Below are positions 55,472-64,000 of a stretch of 64,000 nucleotides of DNA, in pieces (positions within the stretch are counted from its first letter, which is position 1; each line of letters starts with the position of its first letter). The position numbers were made by a program, and so were the translations under genes. This stretch comes from an uncultured Chlorobiaceae bacterium. Lineage in GTDB: Bacteria > Bacteroidota > Chlorobiia > Chlorobiales > Chlorobiaceae. The stretch lies in NCBI GenBank assembly GCA_903939765.1, contig CAJAIK010000115.1, positions 55,871 to 119,870 of the forward strand, read 5' to 3'. The notes beneath the pieces are model-generated. The model was not told where the DNA came from, did no database searches, and was given only the letters and a program-made list of their open reading frames with translations.

Positions 55472-55933
55472 TTATGTGTTGTTCCTCAAGGATGCTGCAG
55501 TTGCCTCCGCATTTGTAGCACGCGCAACAGCAGCAACTTCTTTTGTGACTATAGTTTTACCTATAGGAAAGATTGCAATCCCGGCAAGCTTTAAATGCTG
55601 TATTCCAAAAGGAATGCCAATGATAGTTATAAAATTCAATATCGCAGAAGAAACATGACCTAATGCAAGCCATAAGCCAGCAAAGATGAACCAAATGATA
55701 TTGCCAAGCAAACCTAAGCCACCTGTACCAATATCTTTTTTTTGTGTAAGTTCATTTCGACTTATAGCTTCTTTTCCGAATGGGAAAAACGAGAAGTTGC
55801 CAATAACAAAACAAGCTCTGCCCCATGGGATGCCAACTACCGTAATAAAAGCGATTGCGCCAACAAACCACCACGCAAGCCCCATGATAATACCACCTGA
55901 AAGAAACCACAGGAGGTTACCTATTGCCCTCAT
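55472..55933 (-). CDS. yccF: YccF-domain inner-membrane protein
   Basis: Duplicated YccF motifs: GNLLWFLSGG...ITVVGIPWG and GNIIWFIFAG...ITIIGIPFG. Confidence 0.8.
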   Translation of the reverse strand: MRAIGNLLWFLSGGIIMGLAWWFVGAIAFITVVGIPWGRACFVIGNFSFFPFGKEAISRNELTQKKDIGTGGLGLLGNIIWFIFAGLWLALGHVSSAILNFITIIGIPFGIQHLKLAGIAIFPIGKTIVTKEVAAVARATNAEATAASLRNNT

Positions 55934-56255
55934 TTTTTTCTCCTCTTTAGATCAAATAACACTGTTCAGACTGATCTGCCTGATTCTGAAAAAGCATTCA
56001 GTTCCTTTCTGCATAAGAACACAGATACCCGATGATTGCAACTCTGTTTCATCCTTCAACAAGTCGGGCCCAGTAGCTCCCGTTTGCATTCTCATCTCGT
56101 AGGCAAGATATTGCTCAAACAGGAGAATAAGAAAGGATCGGCTAAAGAATGACCGGTTTTTGTGCTCATAATGCCGGATTGTGTACATCAAGGAGGTCGT
56201 CGGCGAGGTCGGGGCCCTGGGTTCGCAATGAGAGGGTATTTTTTGTTCCAGCAGA

Positions 56256-56299
56256 GGGCACGCCATGGCGTGCCCCTACAGGCAGGGTACCTGTTTTTT
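56256..56299 (+). terminator. 20-nt perfect palindrome followed by a short hairpin plus T6 (terminator/attenuator-like) in the btuF-like leader
   Basis: GGGCACGCCATGGCGTGCCC (56256-56275), then ACAGGcagggtaCCTGTTTTTT. It lies ~90 nt upstream of the 56392 start, in a divergent intergenic region. Confidence 0.4.
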
Positions 56300-56391
56300 G
56301 GGAGAACCGCCCAAAATCCTTATGATAGGTGTCAATGTAAAAGGCGACCGTCACCTCCGGCCATGTTTACCATGAAAAAGAATTTAACGGA

Positions 56392-57333
56392 ATGCAAAAG
56401 AATACCGCTTCAATGAAAACCTGCAGATCATTCAGCACTATGCGCAACAACTTCCCGACGAATCCCCTTCTGGCACTATTTTTTTCGATACTCCTTTTTA
56501 TGGCAGCAGGGTGTACAAAAACGGAGGATGGAAAGCCTCATGCCGCCGCCGGCAAGCCCACCATCGTCAGCCTTGCGCCGAGCCTCACCGAGATGATTTT
56601 TGCCATCGGCGCCGGTAACCAGCTCGTTGGCAGAACCACCGCGTGCGACTGGCCTGCCGCGGTGGCCAAAGTACCTGTCGTGGGATCTTTTGGACGACCC
56701 TCACTTGAAGTGCTTGCGGCGATCCATCCCGACATGGTGGTTGATGTCGATTTGGCCGATGAGGAGATGGGAAAAAAAATATCGGCACTTGGCATTCAGC
56801 AAGAGAGTATCACCTGCAAGAGCCCGGATGATATCCCCGCCGCCCTCCGAAAACTGGGAAAATTGACCGGCCACACAAGAGAGGCCGACAGCTTGGCCAA
56901 CTCAATAAGTGAGGGGCTTGCGCTGTTCAAAAATATGGCCGCACATCAAAAGAACAAAAAAAGCGTCTATCTTGAAATCTGGAATGACCCTTTCTGGACG
57001 GGTGGAAAAGGAAGTTATACTTCGGCGCTTATTGCCTGCGCCGGTGGTCGCAATATTGGTGACGTTGTTGAAAAGGAGTATTTCGAAATTTCACAGGAGT
57101 GGGTGATTGAGAAAAGTCCTGAGGTGATTGCCTGCATGTACATGGCAAAAGAGTCTTCTGCCGCCGATAACGTGATGAACCGCCCCGGATGGAGCAGCAT
57201 TGCGGCCCTGCAGCACCACCAGGTTTACGACCGGCTCGACAACAACCTCTTTCTTCGTCCCGGACCGAGAGTGCTCGAAGGGATTGCCCGGTTGCGCCGA
57301 ATGATTTATCCAAATGATCGTGCTACGCCCTGA
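56392..57333 (+). CDS. ABC transporter periplasmic substrate-binding lipoprotein, BtuF/cobalamin-siderophore class
   Basis: It has a lipobox (LLFMAAGC) and IVSLAPSLTEMIFAIGAGNQLVGRT, typical of Peripla_BP_2/BtuF-like proteins. Alternative starts are at 56413 and 56440. Confidence 0.75.
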   Translation: MQKNTASMKTCRSFSTMRNNFPTNPLLALFFSILLFMAAGCTKTEDGKPHAAAGKPTIVSLAPSLTEMIFAIGAGNQLVGRTTACDWPAAVAKVPVVGSFGRPSLEVLAAIHPDMVVDVDLADEEMGKKISALGIQQESITCKSPDDIPAALRKLGKLTGHTREADSLANSISEGLALFKNMAAHQKNKKSVYLEIWNDPFWTGGKGSYTSALIACAGGRNIGDVVEKEYFEISQEWVIEKSPEVIACMYMAKESSAADNVMNRPGWSSIAALQHHQVYDRLDNNLFLRPGPRVLEGIARLRRMIYPNDRATP

Positions 57334-57404
57334 TTTTTTGGCACTCTCTGTCAGAATCGGTGTTAATTTTTTTATCTTTGTGGCTTTAGCGGAACAATAA
57401 TAAA

Positions 57405-58685
57405 ATGCACGGCATGAAGCGCTCTCCCCTGCTCATCTTACTCCTGACGGTTTTACTTGATCTCATCGGATTCGGAATTGTGCTGCCGCTGCTTCCGACA
57501 TACGCCAAGGATCTCGGTGCAAGTCCATTCATGATCGGACTGATTGCCTCGATTTTTTCCATCATGCAGTTTATCTTTTCTCCTCTCTGGGGCAAGCTGA
57601 GCGACAAAATCGGCCGGCGACCGGTCATGCTGATCAGTATTTTTATCACAGCCCTCTCCTATCTGGTTTTTTCGCAGGCGTCAACCATTCCGCTGCTTAT
57701 TTTTGCCAGAGGACTTTCAGGTATCGGGTCAGCCAATATTGCTGCGGCACAAGCCTATATCACCGATGTTACTGACAGCAAAAGCCGCTCAGGTGCAATG
57801 GGCATGATCGGGGCAGCTTTTGGCATAGGCTTCATTATCGGCCCGCTCATCGGTGGAGTTTTGAAACACAATTATGGCATTCCTATGGTGGGGTATGTCT
57901 CCGCCTCACTGATCACTATCGACTTTATCCTTGCCATCTTTTTGCTTCCCGAGTCGAACAAAAATGCACAAAAGATTGCATTTGGATTTCTGAAAAAGCG
58001 GCCAGTCAACAGCGAACCCCGGCGATCGCTCTCCCTTTTTCTTGGCGAAAAACGGGATGAGTATGTTGACGGGCTCAAACTGACCTTCAGTTCACGCCCC
58101 CTTGCGCTGCTCATGATTGCAAACTATATCTATACCTTTGCCATCGTCAACATGCAGGTTGCCTCCATCCTCCTCTGGAAAGAGTACTTCAAGGCTACCG
58201 ACGAGCAGATCGGCTACATTTTTGCCTACGTCGGCATCTGGTCGGTCGTCGTGCAGGGCGGCCTTATCCGAAAGCTCATCAAACAACTGGGCGAGCACAA
58301 GCTTTTTTTGTGGGGCCACCTCTTCACCTTTATCGGCGTCTTTTTTGTTCCTTTTGCGCCACAGAGTTCGCTTTTTTCTCTCGGACTGGTCATCCTCTTC
58401 TTTTTTGCCATCGGCACCAGTCTGGTTGCCCCCATCAACCTCTCCATGATTTCGCTCTACAGCTATAAACAGCAGCAGGGGCAAATTCTCGGTCTTTCAC
58501 AATCAGTCAACTCCTTTGCCCGTATTATGGGCCCCTTCAGTGGAAGCGTCCTTTACGGCATGAATTTTCACGCACCCTATATTGTTGCGGGAATTTTAAC
58601 CGTTGCAGGAGCTCTCATCGCCCTGAGCCTTTTCAAGTACAAAATTGATGCCCTTGACACGGCAACAGAAGCTTGCAATGGCTGA
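57405..58685 (+). CDS. MFS transporter (TetA-like)
   Basis: 12-TM pattern with MFS motif [14 protein letters not shown]. Confidence 0.8.
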   Translation: MHGMKRSPLLILLLTVLLDLIGFGIVLPLLPTYAKDLGASPFMIGLIASIFSIMQFIFSPLWGKLSDKIGRRPVMLISIFITALSYLVFSQASTIPLLIFARGLSGIGSANIAAAQAYITDVTDSKSRSGAMGMIGAAFGIGFIIGPLIGGVLKHNYGIPMVGYVSASLITIDFILAIFLLPESNKNAQKIAFGFLKKRPVNSEPRRSLSLFLGEKRDEYVDGLKLTFSSRPLALLMIANYIYTFAIVNMQVASILLWKEYFKATDEQIGYIFAYVGIWSVVVQGGLIRKLIKQLGEHKLFLWGHLFTFIGVFFVPFAPQSSLFSLGLVILFFFAIGTSLVAPINLSMISLYSYKQQQGQILGLSQSVNSFARIMGPFSGSVLYGMNFHAPYIVAGILTVAGALIALSLFKYKIDALDTATEACNG

Positions 58686-58719
58686 TCGAAAGTTGCCATC
58701 ACTACTGACAGGAAACCCT

Positions 58720-59754
58720 ATGAATATTGGCGTTATCGGAGTCGGCAAACTTGGAGAGTTTCACACAAAACTCCTCACGGAGATCGCGCGGGATTGCGGT
58801 GACCTTCATTGCGCCGGAGTCTATGATCTCGACACTCAGCGGGCTGAAGAGATGGCTGCCAAATATGGCGTTGCCACTTTCAGCTCGCTTGAACGCCTTG
58901 CAAAGTCGTGCGATGCGGCCATCATTGCCACCACGACAAGCTCCCACTTCGAAATTGCCCGTGCCCTGCTCGGCGAGGGGCTGCACCTCTTTATTGAAAA
59001 ACCCATAACCACAACGGTTGAAGAGGCCGATGAGCTGATACGGCTCGAAGCCGAAAATGGGGTACATATCCAGGTCGGCCATATTGAACGCTTCAATCCT
59101 GCGTTGCGAGCTGTTGAGGCCCATATCGGACGTCCCCTATATATCCAGGCCGAACGGCTGAGCGGTTTTTCCCGTCGGGTTACCGATGTTTCTGTAGTGC
59201 TCGACCTTATGATCCACGACATCGATCTGGTTCTCTCTCTCATACCGTCCGAGATCAAACACATTGCTGCTTCAGGAGTCAAGGTCTTCTCCAACCAGCT
59301 CGACATGGCAACCGCCAGAATCGATTTTGCAAACGGCGCAACCGCAAATGTCACGGCAAGCAGGCTGAGCCGCATCAAAATGCGCAAGCTCCGTTTTTTT
59401 TGCGAATCTCCGAAAAGTTATGCATCGCTGGATCTGACAACTGGAAAATCAGAAATCTTCAGGCTTGTAAAACAGGGTGAAGCCTCCTCAAAAAACCCGC
59501 TCAAATCATTTGCCGCACGTAAAATACTTGAACAGTTCGGAGAAATTCATGAGACCATGCAAGGGATGGTTCTTGACTATATGAACCCGGAAGTTCCAAA
59601 AATTAACGCACTGCGCGACGAACTCGAACATTTTATCAATACCGTCAGAAACAACACTCCGGCAACTGTCAGCTCTTCAGACGGGCGTCGGGCAATTATG
59701 GTTGCAGGCAAAATTGCAGAAGAAATTGCCGCCAATGCAGCCTTACGTGAATGA
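58720..59754 (+). CDS. Gfo/Idh/MocA-family oxidoreductase
   Basis: The N-terminal Rossmann motif MNIGVIGVGKLGEFH and the EKP motif (FIEKPIT). I prefer the ATG at 58720. Confidence 0.8.
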   Translation: MNIGVIGVGKLGEFHTKLLTEIARDCGDLHCAGVYDLDTQRAEEMAAKYGVATFSSLERLAKSCDAAIIATTTSSHFEIARALLGEGLHLFIEKPITTTVEEADELIRLEAENGVHIQVGHIERFNPALRAVEAHIGRPLYIQAERLSGFSRRVTDVSVVLDLMIHDIDLVLSLIPSEIKHIAASGVKVFSNQLDMATARIDFANGATANVTASRLSRIKMRKLRFFCESPKSYASLDLTTGKSEIFRLVKQGEASSKNPLKSFAARKILEQFGEIHETMQGMVLDYMNPEVPKINALRDELEHFINTVRNNTPATVSSSDGRRAIMVAGKIAEEIAANAALRE

Positions 59755-59780
59755 CTGACCAATGAACATGCAAACTGGTA

Positions 59781-61217
59781 ATGACCATACTCCCACAATC
59801 GTCCATCCCGGAGATCCTCTACCGCATCGGCGACATGGCCGATAAAAGCGGCATAAGTTGTTACCTTGTCGGCGGCTATGTCCGCGACGTGATCATGCAG
59901 AGGCCCTGTGCCGATATCGACATCATGGTCATCGGTGACCCGGTCCTTTTTGCAAAAGCGGTCCGCGATGAACTGAACGGCCGGAATTTTGTCCTTTTTG
60001 AGCGTTTCCGCACCGCACAGCTTGAACTTTCAGACCCGATGGGCACTTTCAAGGTTGAACTTGTCGGCGCCCGCAAAGAGTCGTACAACAGCGACTCAAG
60101 AAAACCGGTTACGCTCATCGGAACACTCGACGATGATCTTTCACGCAGGGATTTCACCATCAATTCACTTGCTCTTGTGCTCAATAGCGAAGGGCGGAAC
60201 CAGATAATCGATCATTTTCACGGGATAGATGATCTCAATGCCTGCATCCTGAGGACACCGCTTGACCCCATGCAGACATTTTCGGATGATCCGTTGCGCA
60301 TGATGAGGGCTGCACGATTTGCTGCCCAGCTCGATTTCACTCTACTCCCTGAAGTGATTGAGGCAATGAAGAGTATGCACGAAAGAATTGGAATTGTTTC
60401 AATAGAGCGGGTAAGTCAGGAATTGTTCAAAATCATGCTCTCCCCTCGTCCATCGAAGGGACTGATTATTCTCCATGAAACAGGCGTGCTGAAAGAGATT
60501 ATGCCGGAAGTTTCCGCCATGGCCGGCATTGAACAGGTTGACGGTCTGGGACACAAGGATACCCTCTTCCACACTTTTCAGGTTATCGACAATCTTGCTC
60601 CGCACTCCGAAAACCTCTGGCTCAGAATGGCGGCACTGCTGCACGATATTGCGAAACCTGCTACAAAACGGTTCAGCAAGTCTGCCGGATGGACCTTCCA
60701 TGGTCACGATGCCGTTGGCACCAGAATCGTGGCCAAAATATTCCGCCAAATGCGCTGGCCGCTCGACCCGCTCGACTACGTTCAGAAGATGGTACGCCTC
60801 CATCATCGCCCTATCCCTCTCTCAAAAGAGGAGATATCCGATTCGGCCATCCGTCGGCTCATGTTTGATGCCGGAGAGGATCTTCAGGATCTGATGAACC
60901 TCTGCCGGGCTGACGTCACCAGCAAAAATCCGAAAAAGGTATCGCGGATTATGAGCAACTTCAATCATGTTGAAGAAAAAATTGCCGAAGTTGGCGAAAA
61001 AGACCAGCTCGCCAAATGGCGCCCCCCACTAAGCGGCGAAGATATCATGGCAACGCTCAATCTGACAGAGGGAAAAATGGTTGGCATGATCAAAAAAAGG
61101 ATGGAAAATGCGGTCATTGACGGACTCATCCCCTACGACCGCGATGCGGCACTCAACTATATCCGCCAGATATACCGTGAACTTGGTGACGAAACCGGCA
61201 GGGGCGACAAACAATAG
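59781..61217 (+). CDS. CCA-adding enzyme / poly(A) polymerase-family tRNA nucleotidyltransferase with HD domain
   Basis: LVGGYVRD and DIDI (nucleotidyltransferase head), RRDFTINSLA, and an HD region (LLHDIAKP). Confidence 0.85.
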   Translation: MTILPQSSIPEILYRIGDMADKSGISCYLVGGYVRDVIMQRPCADIDIMVIGDPVLFAKAVRDELNGRNFVLFERFRTAQLELSDPMGTFKVELVGARKESYNSDSRKPVTLIGTLDDDLSRRDFTINSLALVLNSEGRNQIIDHFHGIDDLNACILRTPLDPMQTFSDDPLRMMRAARFAAQLDFTLLPEVIEAMKSMHERIGIVSIERVSQELFKIMLSPRPSKGLIILHETGVLKEIMPEVSAMAGIEQVDGLGHKDTLFHTFQVIDNLAPHSENLWLRMAALLHDIAKPATKRFSKSAGWTFHGHDAVGTRIVAKIFRQMRWPLDPLDYVQKMVRLHHRPIPLSKEEISDSAIRRLMFDAGEDLQDLMNLCRADVTSKNPKKVSRIMSNFNHVEEKIAEVGEKDQLAKWRPPLSGEDIMATLNLTEGKMVGMIKKRMENAVIDGLIPYDRDAALNYIRQIYRELGDETGRGDKQ

Positions 61218-61307
61218 CCGCTTTTAGCGGGAAGAGTGGTTTTTCATGGTTCCGGTCACTATATTGTACAGACTTACTGTTAACAACACTAAACAAAAAT
61301 TCAACAA

Positions 61308-62612
61308 GTGATACCACGTTATTCACCTAAAGATATTTCAGCCATCTGGACAGATGATGCAAAATTTGAACGCTGGTTACAGCTTGAAATTGCAGCGGTC
61401 GAGGCACGCATGGAAGCTGGTCTTGTCCCCGCAGAAGCGCTCGCAACAATCAGGCAGAAAGCAGCCTTCAATGTCGCTGAAATTCTTGAGATCGAGAAAG
61501 AGACGAAACACGACGTCATTGCCTTTCTGACCAATGTTGCCAACAATGTCGGCCCCGATTCCCGCTACATTCACGAAGGGCTCACCTCTTCGGATGTCGT
61601 TGATACCTCTCTTGCCATGCAAATGCGCGATGCCGGAAAAATCCTTGTCGCCGATATTGAGCAACTGGTGGAGGTTCTCGCAAAAAGGGCGGTAGAGTTT
61701 AAATACACCCTTGAGATGGGCAGAACCCACGGCATTCATGCTGAACCGACCACTTTCGGCCTGAAACTGCTCTTGTGGCATCAGGAGATGCTCAGAAACC
61801 TCGACCGTATGAAAAAGGCAGTCAACATCATCTCTGTCGGCAAAATCTCCGGAGCGGTTGGCACCTATCAGCACCTTTCGCCCAATATCGAAGCCGCGGT
61901 ATGCCGCAAACTCGGTCTCGAACCCTCCTCCATATCAACACAGATTCTCCAGCGCGACCGCCACGCTGAATTTGCCACAACGCTGGCTATTATCGCCTCT
62001 TCAATCGAGAAATTCTCGGTTGAGCTGCGCCACCTGCAGCGTACGGAGGTGCGTGAAGCTGAAGAGTTTTTCAGCAAGGGACAGAAAGGCAGCTCCGCCA
62101 TGCCCCACAAGCGCAACCCGATCACCTTCGAGCGCCTTACCGGTCTTGCCCGCGTGGTACGCTCAAACTCTCTGGCGGCCATGGAAAACGTTGCACTCTG
62201 GCATGAGCGTGACATTTCACACTCATCGGTTGAGCGCATCATCATGCCCGACTCCACCACCGCGCTCTGCTACATGCTGCGCACCTTCAGCGACGCCGTC
62301 GATACCCTGCTTGTCTATCCCGAAAGAATGGAGGAAAACTTCAACTCATCCTACGGCCTGACCATCTCACAGACCATCCTTCTTGCCCTTACTGCCAGAG
62401 GATTGACCCGTGAAGATGCCTACCGTCTCGTGCAGCGCAACGCCATGGAGAGCTGGTCAACCAGGGTTCACCTGCGCGAACTGGTGCTGAAGGATGAAGA
62501 GTTGCTGAAACACATCAACCCTGAAGAGATTGCCGAACTCTTCAGCTCCGAAAACATTCTGAAAAAGCTGAAGAGCAGTGTTGACGTCATCTTTGAACGA
62601 AACGGACTGTAA
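61308..62612 (+). CDS. purB: Adenylosuccinate lyase
   Basis: [11 protein letters not shown]..., the signature [11 protein letters not shown], and 434 aa. It has a GTG start. Confidence 0.9.
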   Translation: MIPRYSPKDISAIWTDDAKFERWLQLEIAAVEARMEAGLVPAEALATIRQKAAFNVAEILEIEKETKHDVIAFLTNVANNVGPDSRYIHEGLTSSDVVDTSLAMQMRDAGKILVADIEQLVEVLAKRAVEFKYTLEMGRTHGIHAEPTTFGLKLLLWHQEMLRNLDRMKKAVNIISVGKISGAVGTYQHLSPNIEAAVCRKLGLEPSSISTQILQRDRHAEFATTLAIIASSIEKFSVELRHLQRTEVREAEEFFSKGQKGSSAMPHKRNPITFERLTGLARVVRSNSLAAMENVALWHERDISHSSVERIIMPDSTTALCYMLRTFSDAVDTLLVYPERMEENFNSSYGLTISQTILLALTARGLTREDAYRLVQRNAMESWSTRVHLRELVLKDEELLKHINPEEIAELFSSENILKKLKSSVDVIFERNGL

Positions 62613-62623
62613 CGGGCACAACA

Positions 62624-63094
62624 ATGAAAAAGCGTCTTTTCAAAATGTTCGGGATTACCCTTTTTCTTGCTGTACGCTATCTCTTTGCCGCATTTTTTCT
62701 CTACGGATTCTGGCACAAGCTGGTAAAGGGGTGGCTATGGAGCGACCTCATGCAGGGATTTTTCACCAAACGATTTGGTGAACTTCCCGCCAGCTCCTTC
62801 CAGGCTCTCTACCTTGAGCACTTTGCCATACCCCTGGCATACCCGATTGCCTGGATCGTCACCATAGGAGAGCTTATCATCGGTCTTGGACTTGTTTTCG
62901 GCTTTGCGGTCAGGGCCAATGCGGCTTTTGCACTCTTCATGGTACTGAATTTTGCGGCAGGCGGCTACTACAACCTTTCTCTCCCTCCCTTTATGCTTTT
63001 TGCCATCATGATGATGCTCTTTCCGTCAGGTCACTGGCTTGGGCTCGACAAACAACTCCACCATAAATATCCGGAGTCAATCTGGTTTAGATAA
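62624..63094 (+). CDS. DoxX/DoxD-like membrane protein
   Basis: 156 aa with four hydrophobic helices and a DoxX-like N-terminus (RYLFAAFFLYGFWHKL). Confidence 0.55.
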   Translation: MKKRLFKMFGITLFLAVRYLFAAFFLYGFWHKLVKGWLWSDLMQGFFTKRFGELPASSFQALYLEHFAIPLAYPIAWIVTIGELIIGLGLVFGFAVRANAAFALFMVLNFAAGGYYNLSLPPFMLFAIMMMLFPSGHWLGLDKQLHHKYPESIWFR

Positions 63095-63097
63095 AAA

Positions 63098-63937
63098 ATG
63101 AATAGTGCCGCACATCAATTCCGTTCCTTTCGTCTCTGGCTCTACCCACTTCTGACCTTTTCACTGGTCGCACTGATTGCCTCCGTTATCCCTGAACCTC
63201 GGGCAAAAGAGCTTGCAAAAACGGGGATTGACCTTGCTGACAAAGAGATGCGGAGAATGAACTACCCGAAAGCTGATTCACTCTACACCTCAGAGCTGCG
63301 CAAAAATCCCGGAAATGCTGAACTCTGCTGGAAGCTGGCCCGGCTGGAGGTAAGCATGGGCGAATCCATCTCTTCCAAAAATGCGGATGCCGCACTGCAA
63401 CACTACCGGAAAGCCGCGGAATATGCCCGCACAAGTATCAGCCTTGACAGTACAAGCTCGAAAGGACACACATGGCTTGCCGCATCGCTCGGGATCATGG
63501 CCGACAAGATCGGCACAAAGGAAAAAATAAACCGGGCCAACGAAATAAAACGAGAGCTTGACTCCGCCCTCCGACACAACCCGAACGATGAAACCGCCCT
63601 CTCCCTGCTCGGCTCCTATTACCGTGAAGCCGCGAATATTGGATGGTTCAACAGAGTTTTAGCCACCACCTTCATTGGCAACGTCCCTAAAGGCAATTAT
63701 GATCAGGCCGAAAAAGCGTTCAGAAAAGCAATAAGCCTTGCCCCGAAAATCATCAGAAACTATCATGAACTCGCCTTGATCTGTATTGATAAAGGGAACA
63801 TGGAAGAGGCTCTCCAGCTTATGAAAATTGCCGTTGAGAAACCGGTACTTTTCGCGAGCGACAAAAGACGAATCGAGCAGATGCGCGCGCTTTTGAAAAA
63901 ATACTCTTCAGCTCAACCGTCAACTCTTTCGCCATAA
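63098..63937 (+). CDS. TPR-like helical-repeat protein with N-terminal anchor
   Basis: An N-terminal hydrophobic segment is followed by repeated helix-turn-helix units (YTSELRKNPGNAELCWKLARL...). Confidence 0.5.
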   Translation: MNSAAHQFRSFRLWLYPLLTFSLVALIASVIPEPRAKELAKTGIDLADKEMRRMNYPKADSLYTSELRKNPGNAELCWKLARLEVSMGESISSKNADAALQHYRKAAEYARTSISLDSTSSKGHTWLAASLGIMADKIGTKEKINRANEIKRELDSALRHNPNDETALSLLGSYYREAANIGWFNRVLATTFIGNVPKGNYDQAEKAFRKAISLAPKIIRNYHELALICIDKGNMEEALQLMKIAVEKPVLFASDKRRIEQMRALLKKYSSAQPSTLSP

Positions 63938-63955
63938 CGTAACCGAAATACAACA

Positions 63956-64000
63956 ATGCCGGAACAAGATCATCAAGATTCCAGTACGTTCGAAATCCCG
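63956..64000 (+). CDS. 5' end of an unidentified CDS running off the window
   Basis: The ATG at 63956 gives MPEQDHQDSSTFEIP..., which stays open to the window edge. It is too short to identify. Confidence 0.25.
   Translation, partial: MPEQDHQDSSTFEIP

Noticed and set aside
55934-56391. A second cobalamin riboswitch upstream of the BtuF-like gene, and a tRNA-like GGTTCGCAAT segment near 56215.
   Set aside because: No B12 box or GGGAA/GTGAAA/CCCGCAACTG core elements appear on either strand. The T-loop-like string has no matching acceptor or anticodon arms.

Overview
This 64-kb window looks like a Chlorobi/Bacteroidota-type chromosome. That call rests only on gene content and Bacteroidetes-style promoter motifs, so it is unverified.

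Layout:
- **1-21.8 kb, mostly core genes on the minus strand.** A partial HI0933-type flavoprotein, a MacAB-like efflux set (ATPase/FtsX permease/HlyD), a VOC protein, a VapBC pair and a SET-domain protein. A long cobalamin uptake/late-biosynthesis operon follows (TonB-dependent receptor, BluB, CobQ, CobD, CbiB, CobO, BtuC/BtuD-like, CbiR-like TIM barrel, Fe-ADH). It is headed by a clear cobalamin riboswitch (~20690-20900) and interrupted by an AT-rich VapBC insertion.
- **21.9-44.5 kb, mosaic accessory/defence island, all on the minus strand.** It holds a DUF1016 nuclease, a BRO-Fic protein, decayed fragments (TPM, Rpn, RAYT), an 866-aa GAF-HD-DUF2442 protein and RhuM. It also holds a VbhA-Fic pair whose toxin carries one nonsense codon, a restriction-modification (R-M) pair with a circularly permuted C5 methyltransferase, a five-gene AT-rich membrane/J-domain operon and a Xer-like tyrosine recombinase. 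A four-gene helical-repeat/Hsp70-like/AAA+/FGE-fold operon sits just beyond the recombinase.
- **44.6-64 kb, mostly core genes.** Na/Pi transporter, SRPBCC, NUDIX, a multi-PAS/GAF histidine kinase plus receiver, YccF, BtuF-like binding protein, MFS, Gfo/Idh/MocA, CCA-adding enzyme, PurB, DoxX and TPR. Small decay patches are interspersed (terminase-like remnant, HsdM fragment, second Rpn gene).

Main hunt results:
- At least five structured imperfect palindromes (85-144 bp) have integron attC-like ends. Each starts 9-13 nt after a stop codon in four of five cases. They divide 29.3-37.3 kb into gene cassettes next to a recombinase that lacks the IntI signature.
- The Hsp70-like/AAA+/FGE-fold operon and the GAF-HD-DUF2442 protein are the best candidates for uncharacterised conflict systems.
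- A separate ~80-nt repeat family sits upstream of three unrelated island genes.

I saw no CRISPR array, rRNA or tRNA.
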